The notes: generated by a model not told the origin, from the letters alone. DNA of 64,000 bases from Eledone cirrhosa (GCA_964016885.1 OZ024745.1:75702001-75766000); one strand, 5' to 3'. Counted from the stretch's first letter, positions 1 through 13,661 are shown. Made by a program: numbers and translations.

Positions 1-183
1 TGGTAAGGAACCAGATGGAGCATAACGCACCAGAGTACTCAATACTAAGGGTAGTAGAGTAGTAGAGTGGGTAATAGGAAAATGTTTGATCCTAACGGCA
101 GAGCTCAAGCCGTTTCGACGGCTATTTCCAGTAATAGCAGTCGAAACGGCTTGAGCTCTGCCGTCGGGGTCAAACATTTTCCT
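1..183. mobile_element. Family A hammerhead-type element, fold-back copy (truncated by window edge)
   Basis: Matches copies at 3327, 22433, 44188, 46318, 56091, 57868. Inverted arms ~75-127 and ~134-183 contain GAAACGGC-ttgagctct-GCCGTC-ggggtc (hammerhead stem III, cleavage triplet, stem I). Ends in (TA)n. Confidence 0.8.
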
Positions 184-1264
184 ATATATATATATATATA
201 TATATATACGTCAATGTATGATATATATATGTTATATCATAAATATATATGTATCATACATTGACGTATATATATATATATACATACATACACACACATA
301 TATATATATATATGCATGGACACACGCATACTTGCATTTATGTGTGTGTATACATACATATAGGTATCTATATCTATGCATGTATCTAAGTATGTATGTT
401 TGGATTGATGAATATATGTGTATATATACATATATGTGGGTGTGCGTATGTTTGTTTGTGTGTGTGTATCTGTATATATATATATATATATATATATTAT
501 ATCATAAATCTAGATTGTTATACCCATAAAGTTAGCTGCTTAGTTCTAAAGTGTTAAGCATATAATTTTTATAACTAACATAAACGCATCAAATCAAATA
601 AAATTAACGGAAGTTTTTCAGATTGAATGTTTGAAGATATTAACAGCAATAGTAAAAGATACCAATAAAACTGCCTCAACCATTGCAAAAGTAATACCCC
701 ATAAGAACTTGTTACAATAGGAGTGGACATAAGATCTTTAACCATGAAAAGGAGAAGCAGAAATCATTGAAAACCTCAGGCGAAGCCAATGGGTCAATTT
801 GTGTAATGGAAACGGACAGTATAACATAGCATAAACATAAATAAGCAACAAATAAATATAGATGATAAAAATAAATGAAATAGATAAGATATAAAAAGAC
901 TAATACAATATATAAGAGTAAGATATGGTATAGAAATATTCAGGAACCCAATAAAAGCAAAACATCCAGATAAAGCGAATATCTAGAAAATCAGCGATTC
1001 ATTTTAGAAATCCAGCAGCACAAATGATGTTAAACGTTTATATTCACCCAAAGAAGCCTTTCAAAATGTAAAGTGAAAATAGTAAGAGAAATAATGTGCT
1101 TGGTTTGAATAAATAGAGAACTCTATTAAGACGGTAGTTTAAGCAACAACAAAAGCTACATCAAAATCATGCAGAAAAACACGTTCATAAAGAAAACACC
1201 CGAGGAGGTTTTTAAATATCGTCATGATCAAACATACAACTATATATATATATATATATATATA

Positions 1265-1790
1265 TAAACGGAAAAATGAAACGAAATTTCATTTCTCACT
1301 CTTAGTACGGCTGTTACTTAAATATAAGTATGTATACGTAGATACATATATGTATACAGACGTACAGTAGTATGTATATATATATACATACATGCACACA
1401 TATATATATGTATGTATGGATTCACTGAACATTTATTATAATGCTCGGTGTGTTTGTAAACAAACATCCCGAATTAAGCCGTACAGTGTCTAGCAACCAT
1501 CGTTGCTCATTTGTTCAACACTGACAAAGGAACGATGTACTAGTTTCAAGCTTATTAGCTATCGTCAGCAACTAGTACAGTGTTCCTTTGTCAGTGTTGA
1601 ACAAATGAGCAACGATGGTTGCTAGACACTGTACGGCTTAATTCGGGATGTTTGTTTACAAACACACCGAGCATTATAATAAATGTTCAGTGAATCCATA
1701 CGTACATATATATATGTGTGCATGTATGTATATATATACATACTACTGTACGTCTGTATACATATATATATGTACGTATACATACTTATA
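1265..1790. mobile_element. Family B hammerhead retrozyme-like element, fold-back copy
   Basis: About 220-bp inverted arms meeting at ~1572, flanked by (TA)n. Same terminus (TATA|aacggaaaaatgaaacg) as copies at 22661 and 37802. Confidence 0.85.
1532..1572 (-). ncRNA. Type I hammerhead ribozyme (family B, stem I clipped by inversion junction)
   Basis: Minus strand: gttg CTGACGA tagct aata agctt GAAAC ta GTA catcgt. Confidence 0.75.
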
Positions 1791-1804
1791 TATACATATA
1801 TATT

Positions 1805-1842
<38 letters not shown>

Positions 1843-2655
1843 ATTAGGGTAAACATTGATGCAATTCAATTCAAGCACTCAACGTACTTTTTCCACATAG
1901 GAGTGACGGAGTAAATATCGAATAAGTAAAAGCGAAGTAGTTTCAGATGTTCAAGTCCTTTAATAATAATGCTGTGATATATATTTCAATGACGACACTG
2001 GCCACACTGTTCTGTGTGCGAGTGTCGTGACATCATCAGACAGCTTGTTACATAATAAGGTTGTTTCCGAGGCAATCCAAATTGAATCGACATGGGAACG
2101 GATGAAGTTCGTGCTTTTGGGTTTTTCATCCGTTCCCTTGTGAGTACCAATTCACCCCCACTGGTCTGCGCAAGCGCATGTCCGAAGGAAGTTGATCATT
2201 AGCACCGCAGATTTCAACGAAATTCGCTGTCAGTGGCCCACCTATGCCTTGCCAAAATTTACTGCTACCCATCGCTACTGTGGCAGTCAGCCGAAAGCCA
2301 GAGGGGATGGGAGGGTGTTAGTTTTTATAGGTCATAATACTACCTTTCACTAAGCGTTGACAGGAAGACTGACCATCAACTCATAAGGTAAAATAAACTT
2401 AATTCTAGGTACTATGGTTTTACATAGTAAGTTAAGAGTGAGAGTTGGGAATAAAAATTAAAATTAAAGGTTAAAATCCTAAATCAAATATCAGAGATTA
2501 TAAATTAAACAGTAAAGAATTCAAAAATTCTAAATTCAAAAATTTTTTTCAAGTGATAATTCGGATTAAGTAAAGATATACATTGAAGTGAGTAAATAAT
2601 ATGGAGAGAGATGTTTTAAAGGACTTGAACATCTGAAACTACTTCGCTTTTACTT

Positions 2656-2659
<4 letters not shown>
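1843..2659. mobile_element. Family I hammerhead-bearing element with short inverted terminal arm
   Basis: (TA)n on both sides. 2616-2659 is the reverse complement of ~1920-1963. Hammerhead at 1971-2044. Confidence 0.65.
1971..2044 (-). ncRNA. Type I hammerhead ribozyme with long stem II
   Basis: Minus strand: GCTGT CTGATGA [tgtc-acgacact..cacac agaaca gtgtg..agtgtcgt-catt] GAAAT atat ATC ACAGC. Perfect 5-bp stem I and palindromic stem III. Confidence 0.8.
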
Positions 2660-2697
<38 letters not shown>

Positions 2698-2738
2698 TAT
2701 ATTATATATATATACATACATACAGACATATGTCTATA

Positions 2739-3258
2739 TCTATATACATAAATGGCAATTTCTGTCTGTTTGTTTGTTTCTGAACCGAAAACTCAAAAAC
2801 TACCAAGCCGACCTTGATGAAACTTGACACGTGTGTGGGACTCATGCCCGTTTGATTTCTTACGTATGTTTCATTTTAATCAAAGGGTTCGCCGGGGTTC
2901 AAACTCCCGCTGAAAACCCCCGCTTAATTTTTTCCCTTCGATTTATATGAAATGTAAACCATAGGTAAATGACAAGATATGATGCCTATTCACAAAATTT
3001 CAGCAGATTTCAATAATCTTAAGACACCCTAATGGGGGTTCTATTTTTGTCCTTATAGCAACACTCAACTTCTCTGACAAACATGTTTTCGCCTGACCAA
3101 TGTAATCAACAATATTTGTTTGTATTATTGTTTCGTAAATGAATTTGTCTTATCTTTTGATTATCTGTCCTATATTTTGATTTCCTGAGAGGCACTGGGC
3201 ATTTTAATGGGAACTGGGAATAACCCCGCTCCCGGGTATTACCGGGTACATCAGCTAG
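2739..3258 (+). mobile_element. Non-autonomous Helitron
   Basis: Starts a|TCtatatacataaatggc followed by a ctgtctgtttgtttg tract. Ends with hairpin cccgggtattaccggg then CTAG|t, the canonical Helitron termini between A and T. Confidence 0.75.
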
Positions 3259-3326
3259 TATATATATTTTCTCTCAGGAAATCAAAATATAGGACAGATA
3301 ATCAAAAGATATATATATATATATAT

Positions 3327-4405
3327 AACGAAGGAAATGTGGTAAGGAACCAGGTGGACCATAACGCACCAAAGTACTCAATACTTAAGGTAGTAGAGGG
3401 GGTAATAGGAACGAGTAGGACCCCGACGGCTGAGCTCAAGCTGTTTCGACGGCTAATTCTGGACTAAATGAACATTTTTATCCTGGTATATGAATAGCCG
3501 AGCTTCTCAGGGGGTAATTCCAAATATGGTAAAAGTGATTGTCACAAAGATTGGTCAAAAGTTTGTTGTTGAGACATAATAATTCTATCATGGCAATTTG
3601 TGGAGGGAGTGGGTAGCTGAACCTGCCAGTAGAAGAAAGAGGGAGAGGGGGTGGAGGAAACCCAGTCGTGCGTTGATAGTGCCAACTACAGCTGGGCAAG
3701 AGGTCAAAGAAGATACTAGGAAGGGGGAGGAAGTCGAAACAATAAGTAAAACAATATGGGGTAAATATATAGAAAAATACCGAGAGTGTTAAAAAACAAT
3801 TAAATGTAAAAAAAAAAAAAACAATTTCTGGTTACTATAACCTAGGGACAGCTATCAAGTCTCTCACTGGTACTGCTAGACTAAAGAAAGGTTTACTAGG
3901 TGGGACGGAATTATAATGAGACCCTTTTAAGAGGTATAAGTAATAAACCGAGTATATCTTACGGTGACGGGTCAACAAGTGTGGGGGCCAAAATACTAAA
4001 GAAACTACCACGAAATAATAATTCAGAGTCCCGAGACCAGTACGAAATAAAGGTTTCTACCCCAGGCACAAGGCCAGCAACCACCCAGTGCAAAAAAAAT
4101 AAACTAATACGAAATAATAATTCCGAATCCCGAAAAATAATACTAATACTATCTCTAAGGGTGCCGCCACGATACAAAAATTCTAGTGCAAACGACATAA
4201 ATGCTCGTACGAAGTATATGAAAAATTTGATACGGAAAATTAATTCAGAATCCCCCCTCCCCGCAGTAACTGAATACTAACCAATACTATTACTAATTTT
4301 TACTTATTCCTAATTAAACTATTTTTCACTGGGAACAATTTGTCAGCATTTTCTTTTCCTTTTACCAATATATCATAACTCGTGTGTTACACCTCTATTC
4401 TTTTA
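3327..4405. mobile_element. Long family A copy fused head-to-head with family H terminus
   Basis: Left end is the family A terminus (TATA|aacgaaggaaatgtgg). Right ~4265-4405 is homologous to the element at 60156-60520, including its terminus (gtgttacacctctattcttttaa|ATATA). Confidence 0.65.
3420..3515 (-). ncRNA. Hammerhead ribozyme-like motif of family A (non-canonical core CUGAGAA)
   Basis: Minus strand: ACCCC CTGAGAA gct CGGCTA[~45 nt]TAGCCG tc GAAACaGC ttgagctca GCCGTC GGGGT. Stems I-III all form, but core positions 7-8 deviate from CUGANGA. Confidence 0.6.
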
Positions 4406-4496
4406 AATATATATATATATATATATATACATATATATATAAATATAATTTATATACATACATACACACAAACACACACACACATATATATATATA

Positions 4497-4532
<36 letters not shown>

Positions 4533-4543
4533 CATACACGCAA

Positions 4544-4643
<100 letters not shown>

Positions 4644-4795
4644 TCGGAGCTGTAACTTCATACACCTCTATTTTGAGTTTCGCATTGTTGTTGTGTGAAT
4701 ATGTATGTGTGTGTATCTATGTTTGTGCACGCTCACATGTGTGTGTAGTGATTTGAGGCCTCACGTGGATAGTGTTAACACTATACGTATCTATT

Positions 4796-4902
4796 GTTAA
4801 AACTATACGTTAAAACTATACGTTAAAACTATACGTTAAAACTATACGTTAAAACTATACGTTAAAACTATACGTTAAAACTATACGTTAAAACTATACG
4901 TT
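4796..4902. repeat. 13-bp tandem repeat (GTTAAAACTATAC)x8
   Basis: Read directly; perfect copies. Confidence 0.95.
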
Positions 4903-6017
4903 CTCTATTGTTTCGATAGCAAAATGCCTCAGAAAACATTTTAGTCCATCGTAGAACAATAATAATCTTTCTACTGCAGAATAATCTATTGCACAATAAA
5001 GTGATCATAAAGTCGTGTTAGTGTAAATTTGAAGAAGCAATGAAGAAAAAAATATATATTTAACAACTTAAAAGTTAACAGTAGCTAACATAAATGGCCT
5101 CTTCATCAAACTTCCACTTCCACATATATTGGTATTACGACATAATACATCTTGGAAAAGGACACATACAGCAGAAATTTGTTATCACTCTAAAATTCCT
5201 GTGTAACGATCAAGGCAAATAGAGCACTTGGCTCTCATTGCACAGAAAAGAAAGAAATATAGCTTGAGCATTTCATGACGTGTTATAGCTATCTAAAGTG
5301 ATGTATAGTGTGTAAAATATTCTCAACACCATTTTAGTAATTTAAACAACAGTATTTGATGCAGAGCTGCGAGCTGCAGTTTTACCGAAGGTGCTGCTTC
5401 AATTTTATACTAATTAGTCACACTCATCATGCATTTTCAATTCCTACACGATTAGCAGAGAGTTGATGCAGTTTTTCACTATTTCTTCAACTGTTGTTGG
5501 ACGTTATGCCAAATTTAGGTGAGAGATTAGTCAAGATGTAAAAAGCTTTATCGATTTCGAAGCCACTTTTCATACATCTTTCTGTCCATATAATTCTGCC
5601 AATCTGCTGTCATTTACTACCCATCTGTCTACTTTTCACAACATCTAATTCAGCCATTTTGTTTTTTATTCTGTTCGTGTGTTTTCAAAATATAAAAACA
5701 TAAAAACAATTTCAAAGTAGCTCAGGAATGTTCAGAAAATACCAGCAAATTGTTTTTTAAAATGCCTGATTACTGTTTCATTGATGGCGTTCTTGATATT
5801 TTTGTTCAAACTGCGCATTTTCCAGCAAGAAGCCTAATACTACTTACATTACAGTGGCTCTCAATTAATTAGCAATGATAGGTAAAACGCTGCACCAAAT
5901 GCCTCTCACAAAGTGGCTTCGTCCTCAACACGATGTTTCAGTTCAATTCCCGATGGTATCTACTTTACATTTAAACCTCTCATGGTTTCCATAAGAGTTA
6001 ATCTATATGATATATAA

Positions 6018-6125
6018 AGGCGTTGAATTGGCAGTATCGGTGGAGAGTCGGACAACATGCTTTATGACATAGAGTTACGGCCTTTTGCTATCTGAGTTCA
6101 AATCCTATCGAGATCACATGTCATT
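6018..6125 (+). mobile_element. tRNA-derived SINE (type 1), partial
   Basis: tggcagtatcggtgg A-box-like and gagttcaaatcc B-box; homologous to 10209 and 39728 copies. Confidence 0.7.
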
Positions 6126-6354
6126 ACTAAGCTGTCATCTTATTTCAATTTGAGGGCTATATCAGGAGGGTGTGATATGCATTTGGATAGTGTTAAGGAT
6201 AAATAATCCCACAAGCTCCACCTTCTCAGCTCTATCATAGCTCCTCGTGGAGAGATCGAATATGGGGTTGCCCACTTCTTTTATTGGATAAGAAACGCCG
6301 TAGCATAATAGTGACTTTCTAGCATCCATTATGATGATGGTATCTAGAAGTGTA

Positions 6355-6485
6355 AGCCGGCGAATTGGCAGAGTCGTTAGAACGTCAGATAGCTTTATGG
6401 TATTCGTTCTGGCTCTTTGAGTTCGAATCCCGCCGAGGTCAACTTTTCGATAAAAAAATTTACCTGTCTAGTATTGGGGTTAATT
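6355..6485 (+). mobile_element. tRNA-derived SINE (type 1), degenerate
   Basis: tggcagagtcgttag...gagttcgaatcccgccgaggtcaacttt. Confidence 0.7.
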
Positions 6486-7230
6486 CTTCCTCTCTCTGGA
6501 AGAAATCTGCTGTACTCAGGTTTGAAGAGGGAAGGGCTCCGCCAGTCTTAAAAATATGCCCAAGAAACGTCGTATGTCAATACGGCGCCCTTATGACTTT
6601 ATCAGGAGTTACTGGACCATAACATTCCGCACCAGACCATCTAGAACAGAAAATATGTTAATGGAATTCCAAGGATTTCGGAATATAAAACTTATTTATG
6701 GAGGGATAAATGTCTACCATATTGAATTATCTGAACCTACAGGATGCCTTCTTTCCAATGCCGTAGAAACTCTTCAAATCGGCGCTGGAGGTCCATTGTT
6801 CTCGTCTCGTAATTTGTTTAACCTTGACGTTGATAGTGACGAGAATGCGCTGGCTAACTATTGCAAAATCGCATTTTGGATGAGTTTAATAACTAACATG
6901 TGGGTGTAGAGCGGATGTTGCCTATATAATGCTTAAGAGTAAACTAGAAAGTGTGCATGGCGGAGCAATCCAAACGGTCTTTTATTTTTAGTTGGCAAGT
7001 TAATTCCTTTGCTGCCAGCATTTATACGTTGGGGTTGTTTTGTTGGCACTGCTTCTTAAGAGGTTAGCGGTGTGTGGTGGTGCTTAGTTAATATATGTTA
7101 AAATCTTAGTCTAAATCTTACGCTTTATATTTTCGATAAGACATATGGACATATATATTTATAGATATATGTGTGTGCGTGTGTGCGTGCGCGTGTGTGT
7201 GTGCGCGTGTGGGGGGAGGTGTATGTATGT

Positions 7231-7344
7231 GTATCAATTTATAAAGTTAACTGTGTCTATTATTTGGCTTATGTTTAATATATAAATATGTACATATAGC
7301 AATATATATACATATATATATATATATATGTATATATTTATATA

Positions 7345-7376
<32 letters not shown>

Positions 7377-7668
7377 AACATCTACACTTGCTCATACAAC
7401 ACAATTATCCGTATGTGTGCAAATATGTGTGTGCATAAGTTTCCACGTATGTATGTGTATATTCGCGAGTATATTTGACAATACGTGTGTGTGGGGGGGG
7501 GGCGTGTGTGTGCGTGTGTGTGTGTGTGTGTGTGTATCAATTTATAAAGTTAACTGTGTCTATTACTTGGCTTATGTTTAATATATAAATATGTACATAT
7601 AGCAATATAAATACATATATATGTATATATATATATGTATAGTATATATGTATATATATATGTATATA

Positions 7669-7750
<82 letters not shown>

Positions 7751-7875
7751 TATGTGCATGTATATATATATATATGTGTGTGTGTGTGCACAATTATCCG
7801 TATGTGTGCAAATGTCTGTGCATAAGTTTCCACGTATGTATGTGTATATTCGCGAGCATATTTGACAATACGTGT
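7231..7875. repeat. Tandem duplication of a microsatellite-anchored unit
   Basis: 7231-7305 matches 7534-7608, and 7400-7490 matches 7789-7875, with different intervening microsatellites. Confidence 0.85.
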
Positions 7876-8269
7876 GTGTGTGTGTATGTGTGTGTATGTG
7901 TGTATGTGTGTGTGTGTGTGTGATAAAACTCATGAAGACAATTTCACACATTTCTAATTGTTGTTTTAACTACTTTTATATTTTTATTCATAAATCGATT
8001 TAAAAAAAAGAAACCTTTAGGATTATTTGTTTCATCTTTTGTTTTTGTGTTTTGTTATTGTTTTTTCTTGTAAATAAATTTTTTTTCCCAACGAAATGTT
8101 TATTACCGAAATTATTATTATTGATGTTGTAGTTCTTATTCGTCTGTCTTCTTTTTCTCCTTTTTATTCTTCTTCTTCTCCCTTTTCTTCTTCTCCTTCT
8201 TCTTCTTCTCTTCTTCTTTTCCTTCTTCTTCTCTTCTTCTTTTTCTTCTTCTTCATCTTCTTCTTCTTA

Positions 8270-8320
<51 letters not shown>

Positions 8321-8462
8321 CAGAATGTCAGACGAAATTGTCGTAGGAGCAGCTGTAGTAGAAGTCAATTGAATGTCTTTAAATATTACCGAAGGTCACT
8401 CACTTCCCTTCCCTAGCTTTTCCTCTCTCTATCTATCTCTATCTATCTATCTATCTATCTAC

Positions 8463-8495
<33 letters not shown>

Positions 8496-9379
8496 TCTCT
8501 CTCTCGCTCTCTCTCTAGCATGCATCATAAACGAAATCAGACGACAGCCTGGCATGTAGAAGAAGCAGGAGAAAACCGCAACTTAATAGGATTATGTGTT
8601 GTCCTTAAACCGTAACACGTCCGAGTAAAGTACATGTCTCATTGCATAACACACCACATAATCCACGATAATCTGGTTTCTAATCTCATCAGTTCCCTTT
8701 TATTCTCGTCTGCTTGATTTTTCCGCAACATACCCTCTAACTCTTAGGTCATCTTGATTTCTTTGTCTAATCTTCCACTTTTCTTCTTTTTTGTTAATGC
8801 CCAGTCTTTATGCTCTCGTTGTATTCTTTTCATTAATAGCATATTGTTGACCACATCAATGTTTTAGTTAACACAAAAGCTTGTGAGAGGAAATAAAATC
8901 GGACAAACTGGCGAAGGGCCGAACAATATCGGAAAAGATAGGTAGCTTATCAGTATAGAATGGTGACGTTGAACTTGCGCATTTTTTAAAATGAAGGAAA
9001 TGCAGATTGTCTTAGATATATGTTATATTGCAGTAGTAGTTGTTAGTCCTACCTGATTGCCAGACATACGGACAAAGGATTTCTAGTCATGACTATCCCG
9101 TAATTTTTCCAGGTTTAGTGCATCCGATGTGTCCCTTTTTAAGAGAGTATGGTGTGGTTTAAGGGGGATTTGGCTGTCACTTCTAACAGATCGAGTGAAT
9201 CTTTTCGATTTCTATAAATGTGAAGATACAGCGAACCTTTTCTCGTCAGAACTAGCTATAACTTTTTACATCTTAGAGGTTATTGTTGTGGTTATCGTTT
9301 TTTAACCTCAAATAAAACATAAGTAATCCATGATAATAAGTATTCCAAACGTAACTCGGTTCAGTGTGGATACAAGCAC

Positions 9380-9540
9380 GGCTGAATGCATATGAAGCTC
9401 ACTTCGCAATTATGAGGTCCACTGTTTGATCTCACTGTGTGGCATTTTGGAATAAGTGACTTTATCATAGCCTTGGGTCACCCAAAACTTTAGGAAGGAA
9501 ATTTTGTAGACGGAAACTGTGTAGAAGCCTGTCGGATGGA
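9380..9540 (+). mobile_element. SINE (type 3), degenerate
   Basis: ctcactgtgtggcattttgg...tagccttgggtcacccaaa...tagacggaaactg...gaagcctgtc. Related fragments at ~23535-23665, ~24670-24745, ~34380-34510 and ~47820-47960. Confidence 0.55.
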
Positions 9541-10208
9541 TTGTACGCACAATTCAAAGCTTCGGCCCTGTCACATATTAATCGGATGAACAATTGATCG
9601 AATGATTGAATATTCATCATCAAAGCAGTCTCGGTTACCCACTATGTATATATACCGATATAATTTTATCGTACACTTCGGCTGCTTAGCGCACTTCTTA
9701 GTATATCTCTTAATTACCTACCAACACGAGCGCAAATTATATGCAAATTAGTACGTCCATTTCAGAATATTAGTATGAGTGAGTGGTTATAATAAATCCA
9801 CCAAATACGTGTTTCGTTGTAGTTGTTTAAATGATAAACCCACTTTGTGGAGGAGACTTAACTAAGTCTAAAAAGCAATAAAAGGTTTTATCATTTTTTT
9901 CAATTTACTGGAAAATTAAAATTTTCTAGCAGGAGAGAGTGATAGAGATGAAGTGAGAGAGAGAAAAGAGAGGCAGAACGAACCCAGTACTCAACTGGGA
10001 CTTTTTTTATCGACCTCGAAAGGATGAAAGGTAAAGTTGACCTGGACGGGATTTGAACTCAGAGGGCAAAGAGTCTACATATATATTATATAAAAGTATT
10101 ATACATACACACACAAACACACACGAATACACACACAAACACACACACAAACACACACACACACACATATATATAAATATATATATATATATAATATTAT
10201 AATTTATA

Positions 10209-10342
10209 AGGCGGGGATTGGCAGTATCGGTAGAGGGTCGAACGCCATGCTTTGACGCATAGAGTTACGGCCCTTGCCATTCTGAGTTCAAATCCCGCCA
10301 AGGTTAACTTTGCCTTTCATCCTTACGGGGTCGATAAAATAA
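10209..10342 (+). mobile_element. tRNA-derived SINE (type 1), running into gap
   Basis: A box tggcagtatcggtag, B box gagttcaaatccc, conserved core cctttcatccttacggggtcgataaaat. Confidence 0.8.
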
Positions 10343-10542
10343 NNNNNNNNNNNNNNNNNNNNNNNNNNNNNNNNNNNNNNNNNNNNNNNNNNNNNNNNNN
10401 NNNNNNNNNNNNNNNNNNNNNNNNNNNNNNNNNNNNNNNNNNNNNNNNNNNNNNNNNNNNNNNNNNNNNNNNNNNNNNNNNNNNNNNNNNNNNNNNNNNN
10501 NNNNNNNNNNNNNNNNNNNNNNNNNNNNNNNNNNNNNNNNNN
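10343..10542. other. Assembly gap (200 N)
   Basis: Run of N. Confidence 1.
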
Positions 10543-10589
10543 TGAACATCTTAACCATTCAGTCAATCTGCGTCAATAAAAGTAATAAT

Positions 10590-10790
10590 GATTTCTACTA
10601 TTTAGCACAAGGCCAGCAATTTTGGGGAGGGGAAAGTCGATTAAATCGACCCCAGTGCACTACTGTGCTTTATTTTATCGACTCCGTAAAGATAAAAGGC
10701 AAAGCTAACCACGACGCGATTTAAACTCAGAACGTAAAGGGACGTAACTATATTCCGCAAAGCATCTTGTCCGACGCTCTACCGATTATG
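10590..10790 (-). mobile_element. tRNA-derived SINE (type 1)
   Basis: Reverse complement of the 39728-39945 copy (gcacaaggccagcaat...tttatcgactccgtaaag...aactcagaacg...gctctaccg). Confidence 0.75.
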
Positions 10791-11910
10791 TTGTAATGAT
10801 ATGGTACAGCTGCATTACCGATTTTTTGACAACTGATAGTCCGGCACTTCTTTTTATCCGGTTATAATTATGACCGGTTCATGAATTTCCCACAACCTAC
10901 CCGATTAGTTAACTTAGATTAGGAGGTTATCTCATGGTGTTAGATTTATGTTTTTTACATTTGCTCCTTCACATTATAAGGAGAACGTTTTCGGCAAAAC
11001 GGATAATCTAATCCAGAATGGGTTTTATCCAAGGATGTCGGAAATATTTTTTGTACCTGTATTACAAAATATGAACATAATCTTCAGGAATAGAAGAAAG
11101 ATGAATATTTACGGAGTAGGAAGAAGAAATAGGATGATATTTTAAAAAAAAAAAACACAGAAAAAATAGTTTACCATTATTGATATTCACTTTAAAGTGA
11201 AGAAAATATTTTTATCGCTTAAGATAACCGTTTAATTATTTTGTGGCTTTTTATCTTACTTAATCACTTTTCAACATCTCTTATCGATTTTATTTTATTT
11301 TGTTGCTATTTTTCTCTTTAGGGATTTTTTTTTTTTTTTTTAAATCAATTTCTTATCTTCTATTATAGTGAACAGAGGAGTTTGCTTGTGATTTTTTCGT
11401 CGTCGTTTCCACACAAAAAAAAAAAGAATAAAAGAAAGAGATAGCGAGAGAAGAATTGCGATATAGACAACTACTTGCAATATTAATATGTGCTGACAGT
11501 GGTATCTTGTTCCTGTCACTTTCTAACTTTGGCAGTGACGAATAACAGATTGATAGGCGACAGATGGCAGACGACATGCGCACAAGCCAATAGATATCAG
11601 TAAGAAATACAGAAGTATATAGATTCCTTATGTCTAGATTAGCACTAAAGATGACTTTAGACTTCATCTGAGAAAAAAAAAAGTTGAGATAAAAGGGATG
11701 AAACTTGCATAGATAACAGTGAAAACGGCTAAAGGCAAATGAAGAGTTCGTTAGAAGTAGAAACATTGGAGTACAGTAAAGGAGAGAACGAACGTCCAGA
11801 ATGTTCGTGTGCGAAAGTGAGAAAAAAAAGAAAAATGTAGAAATGAAGTTAACGGCAGTTTACTGATTAAATAGAGAAGTGATACGGTGGGCAGAGGAGA
11901 TATAGATAGC

Positions 11911-11991
<81 letters not shown>

Positions 11992-12192
11992 GGGTTGTAA
12001 AGAATGGGAGTAAGTCGCTCTGAAATCTTGCCGTGTTCGATAATAATGTGATGAAGTCTTACTGGCACAGTAGTGTGTGTTTTGGAAAGGTGATAAATGG
12101 AAGAGAAGTGAGGGTCAATTTGATGCAGAAGCAAAATAAAGATGATGATGATGATGATGATGATGATGGTGATGATGATAATAACAATAATG

Positions 12193-12255
<63 letters not shown>

Positions 12256-12345
12256 TAACGTGTGCGATAAAAGGTGAAGGAGTAGAGAAGTGTATATAGA
12301 AACCACACCAAGATAGAGAGGAAAATATATAGACACATAACACAT

Positions 12346-12419
<74 letters not shown>

Positions 12420-13477
12420 GAGAGAGAGAAATATATATATACATATATATACATATATATATGTATGTATATATAAATATATATACATATATATGCATAT
12501 ATATATATATATATATACACGGAGAGGGAAAGAGAGAGAAAGTATAGAGCAAGTGTATAGAATACGAGTGAAAGAGAGCAAGAGAAAAAAAAAGCCAGGT
12601 TGTATAATGTACAACATTTATACAGTTAGGTTTGCCGCCAGCGCATTTTACACGCTTTACTTCACACCAAGTTAATCTGTATGATCTACCAGTAACATTA
12701 AAAAACAAAACAAGAAAGAAAAAAAAAAGAAGAGATAAAGATAAAGGACTAAACGGATTTATTGTGGAAACTAAATAAGAGAAAATGCAAGGAGAAAGGT
12801 AAATAAGATGTAGCATATGGTAAATATTCTTAGTCGTACAGGGGTTAACTATAGAGGTCAGTAAAAATAGGAGACAAAGAAAGACAATCTGTGCTGCTTC
12901 GGCATTAATGTCATTAAATCTTGCTTTGCACCACGAAACTTCTCTCGTATATAACATATACGTTATATACGCACTTCTGCCAGGGGAAATTATGTGACTT
13001 GTAGCAACACTGATACACTACATACAACATATAATCTAGTGTTTGAAGGATAATCGTAAGAAAATTTATACTGCGAAGAATCTGAATGAAATATTCAAAA
13101 TTTTCTCTTGTGCAGCGTAAAATAGAAGTGTTTTGTTTGTTTGTTTGTTGTGTTTTCTTTCATTTACGAGTGGCGTTGATAACATATGGCGGACTGTCAA
13201 TACTGAATTAAATATAAAGAAGCAATGAATGGTAAACTGTGTAAAATGATGTCACTTCCGCTTCGACATGAATGCATATTTATTTGATTGTTATATAAGC
13301 ATATGAGGACGTGAAGTTGACCAAGAGACTATATATTCTTATACAGTATTATACACCACAGAACAGCATCTGTCTATGGAGTTTTACGTAATTTTATCAT
13401 TTCTACAGATTTTTTATGTATTACATAGTTTATTTATATATAGAGATAGAGGGTGGAGCGGGAGAAAGAGGGGAGAG

Positions 13478-13661
13478 AGAGTCTGCGGTGTTGAAACCGG
13501 GGAGAACATAATCATGGGAGTACTCAATGCATGGGGAAATGCAAAAAAAAGAGTGGGTATAGAGATATGTAAAATACCGACCGCGGCGCCAAGCGGTTTC
13601 GACTTGTGGCACGAGCTGAAAAGCCGAAACCGCTTGGCGCCACGGTCGCGATTTTACATCC

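Noticed and set aside
5000-5870. Possible decayed transposase-like sequence (also 19140-20020)
   Set aside because: Multiple stops and no motif I can identify reliably without a search.
8670-8695. CTGATGA-gatta-GAAAC on the minus strand
   Set aside because: No stem II or stem I can form.
11350-12960. Possible promoter or 5' UTR of a host gene around GA repeats
   Set aside because: No ORF, splice structure or recognisable promoter evidence from sequence alone.
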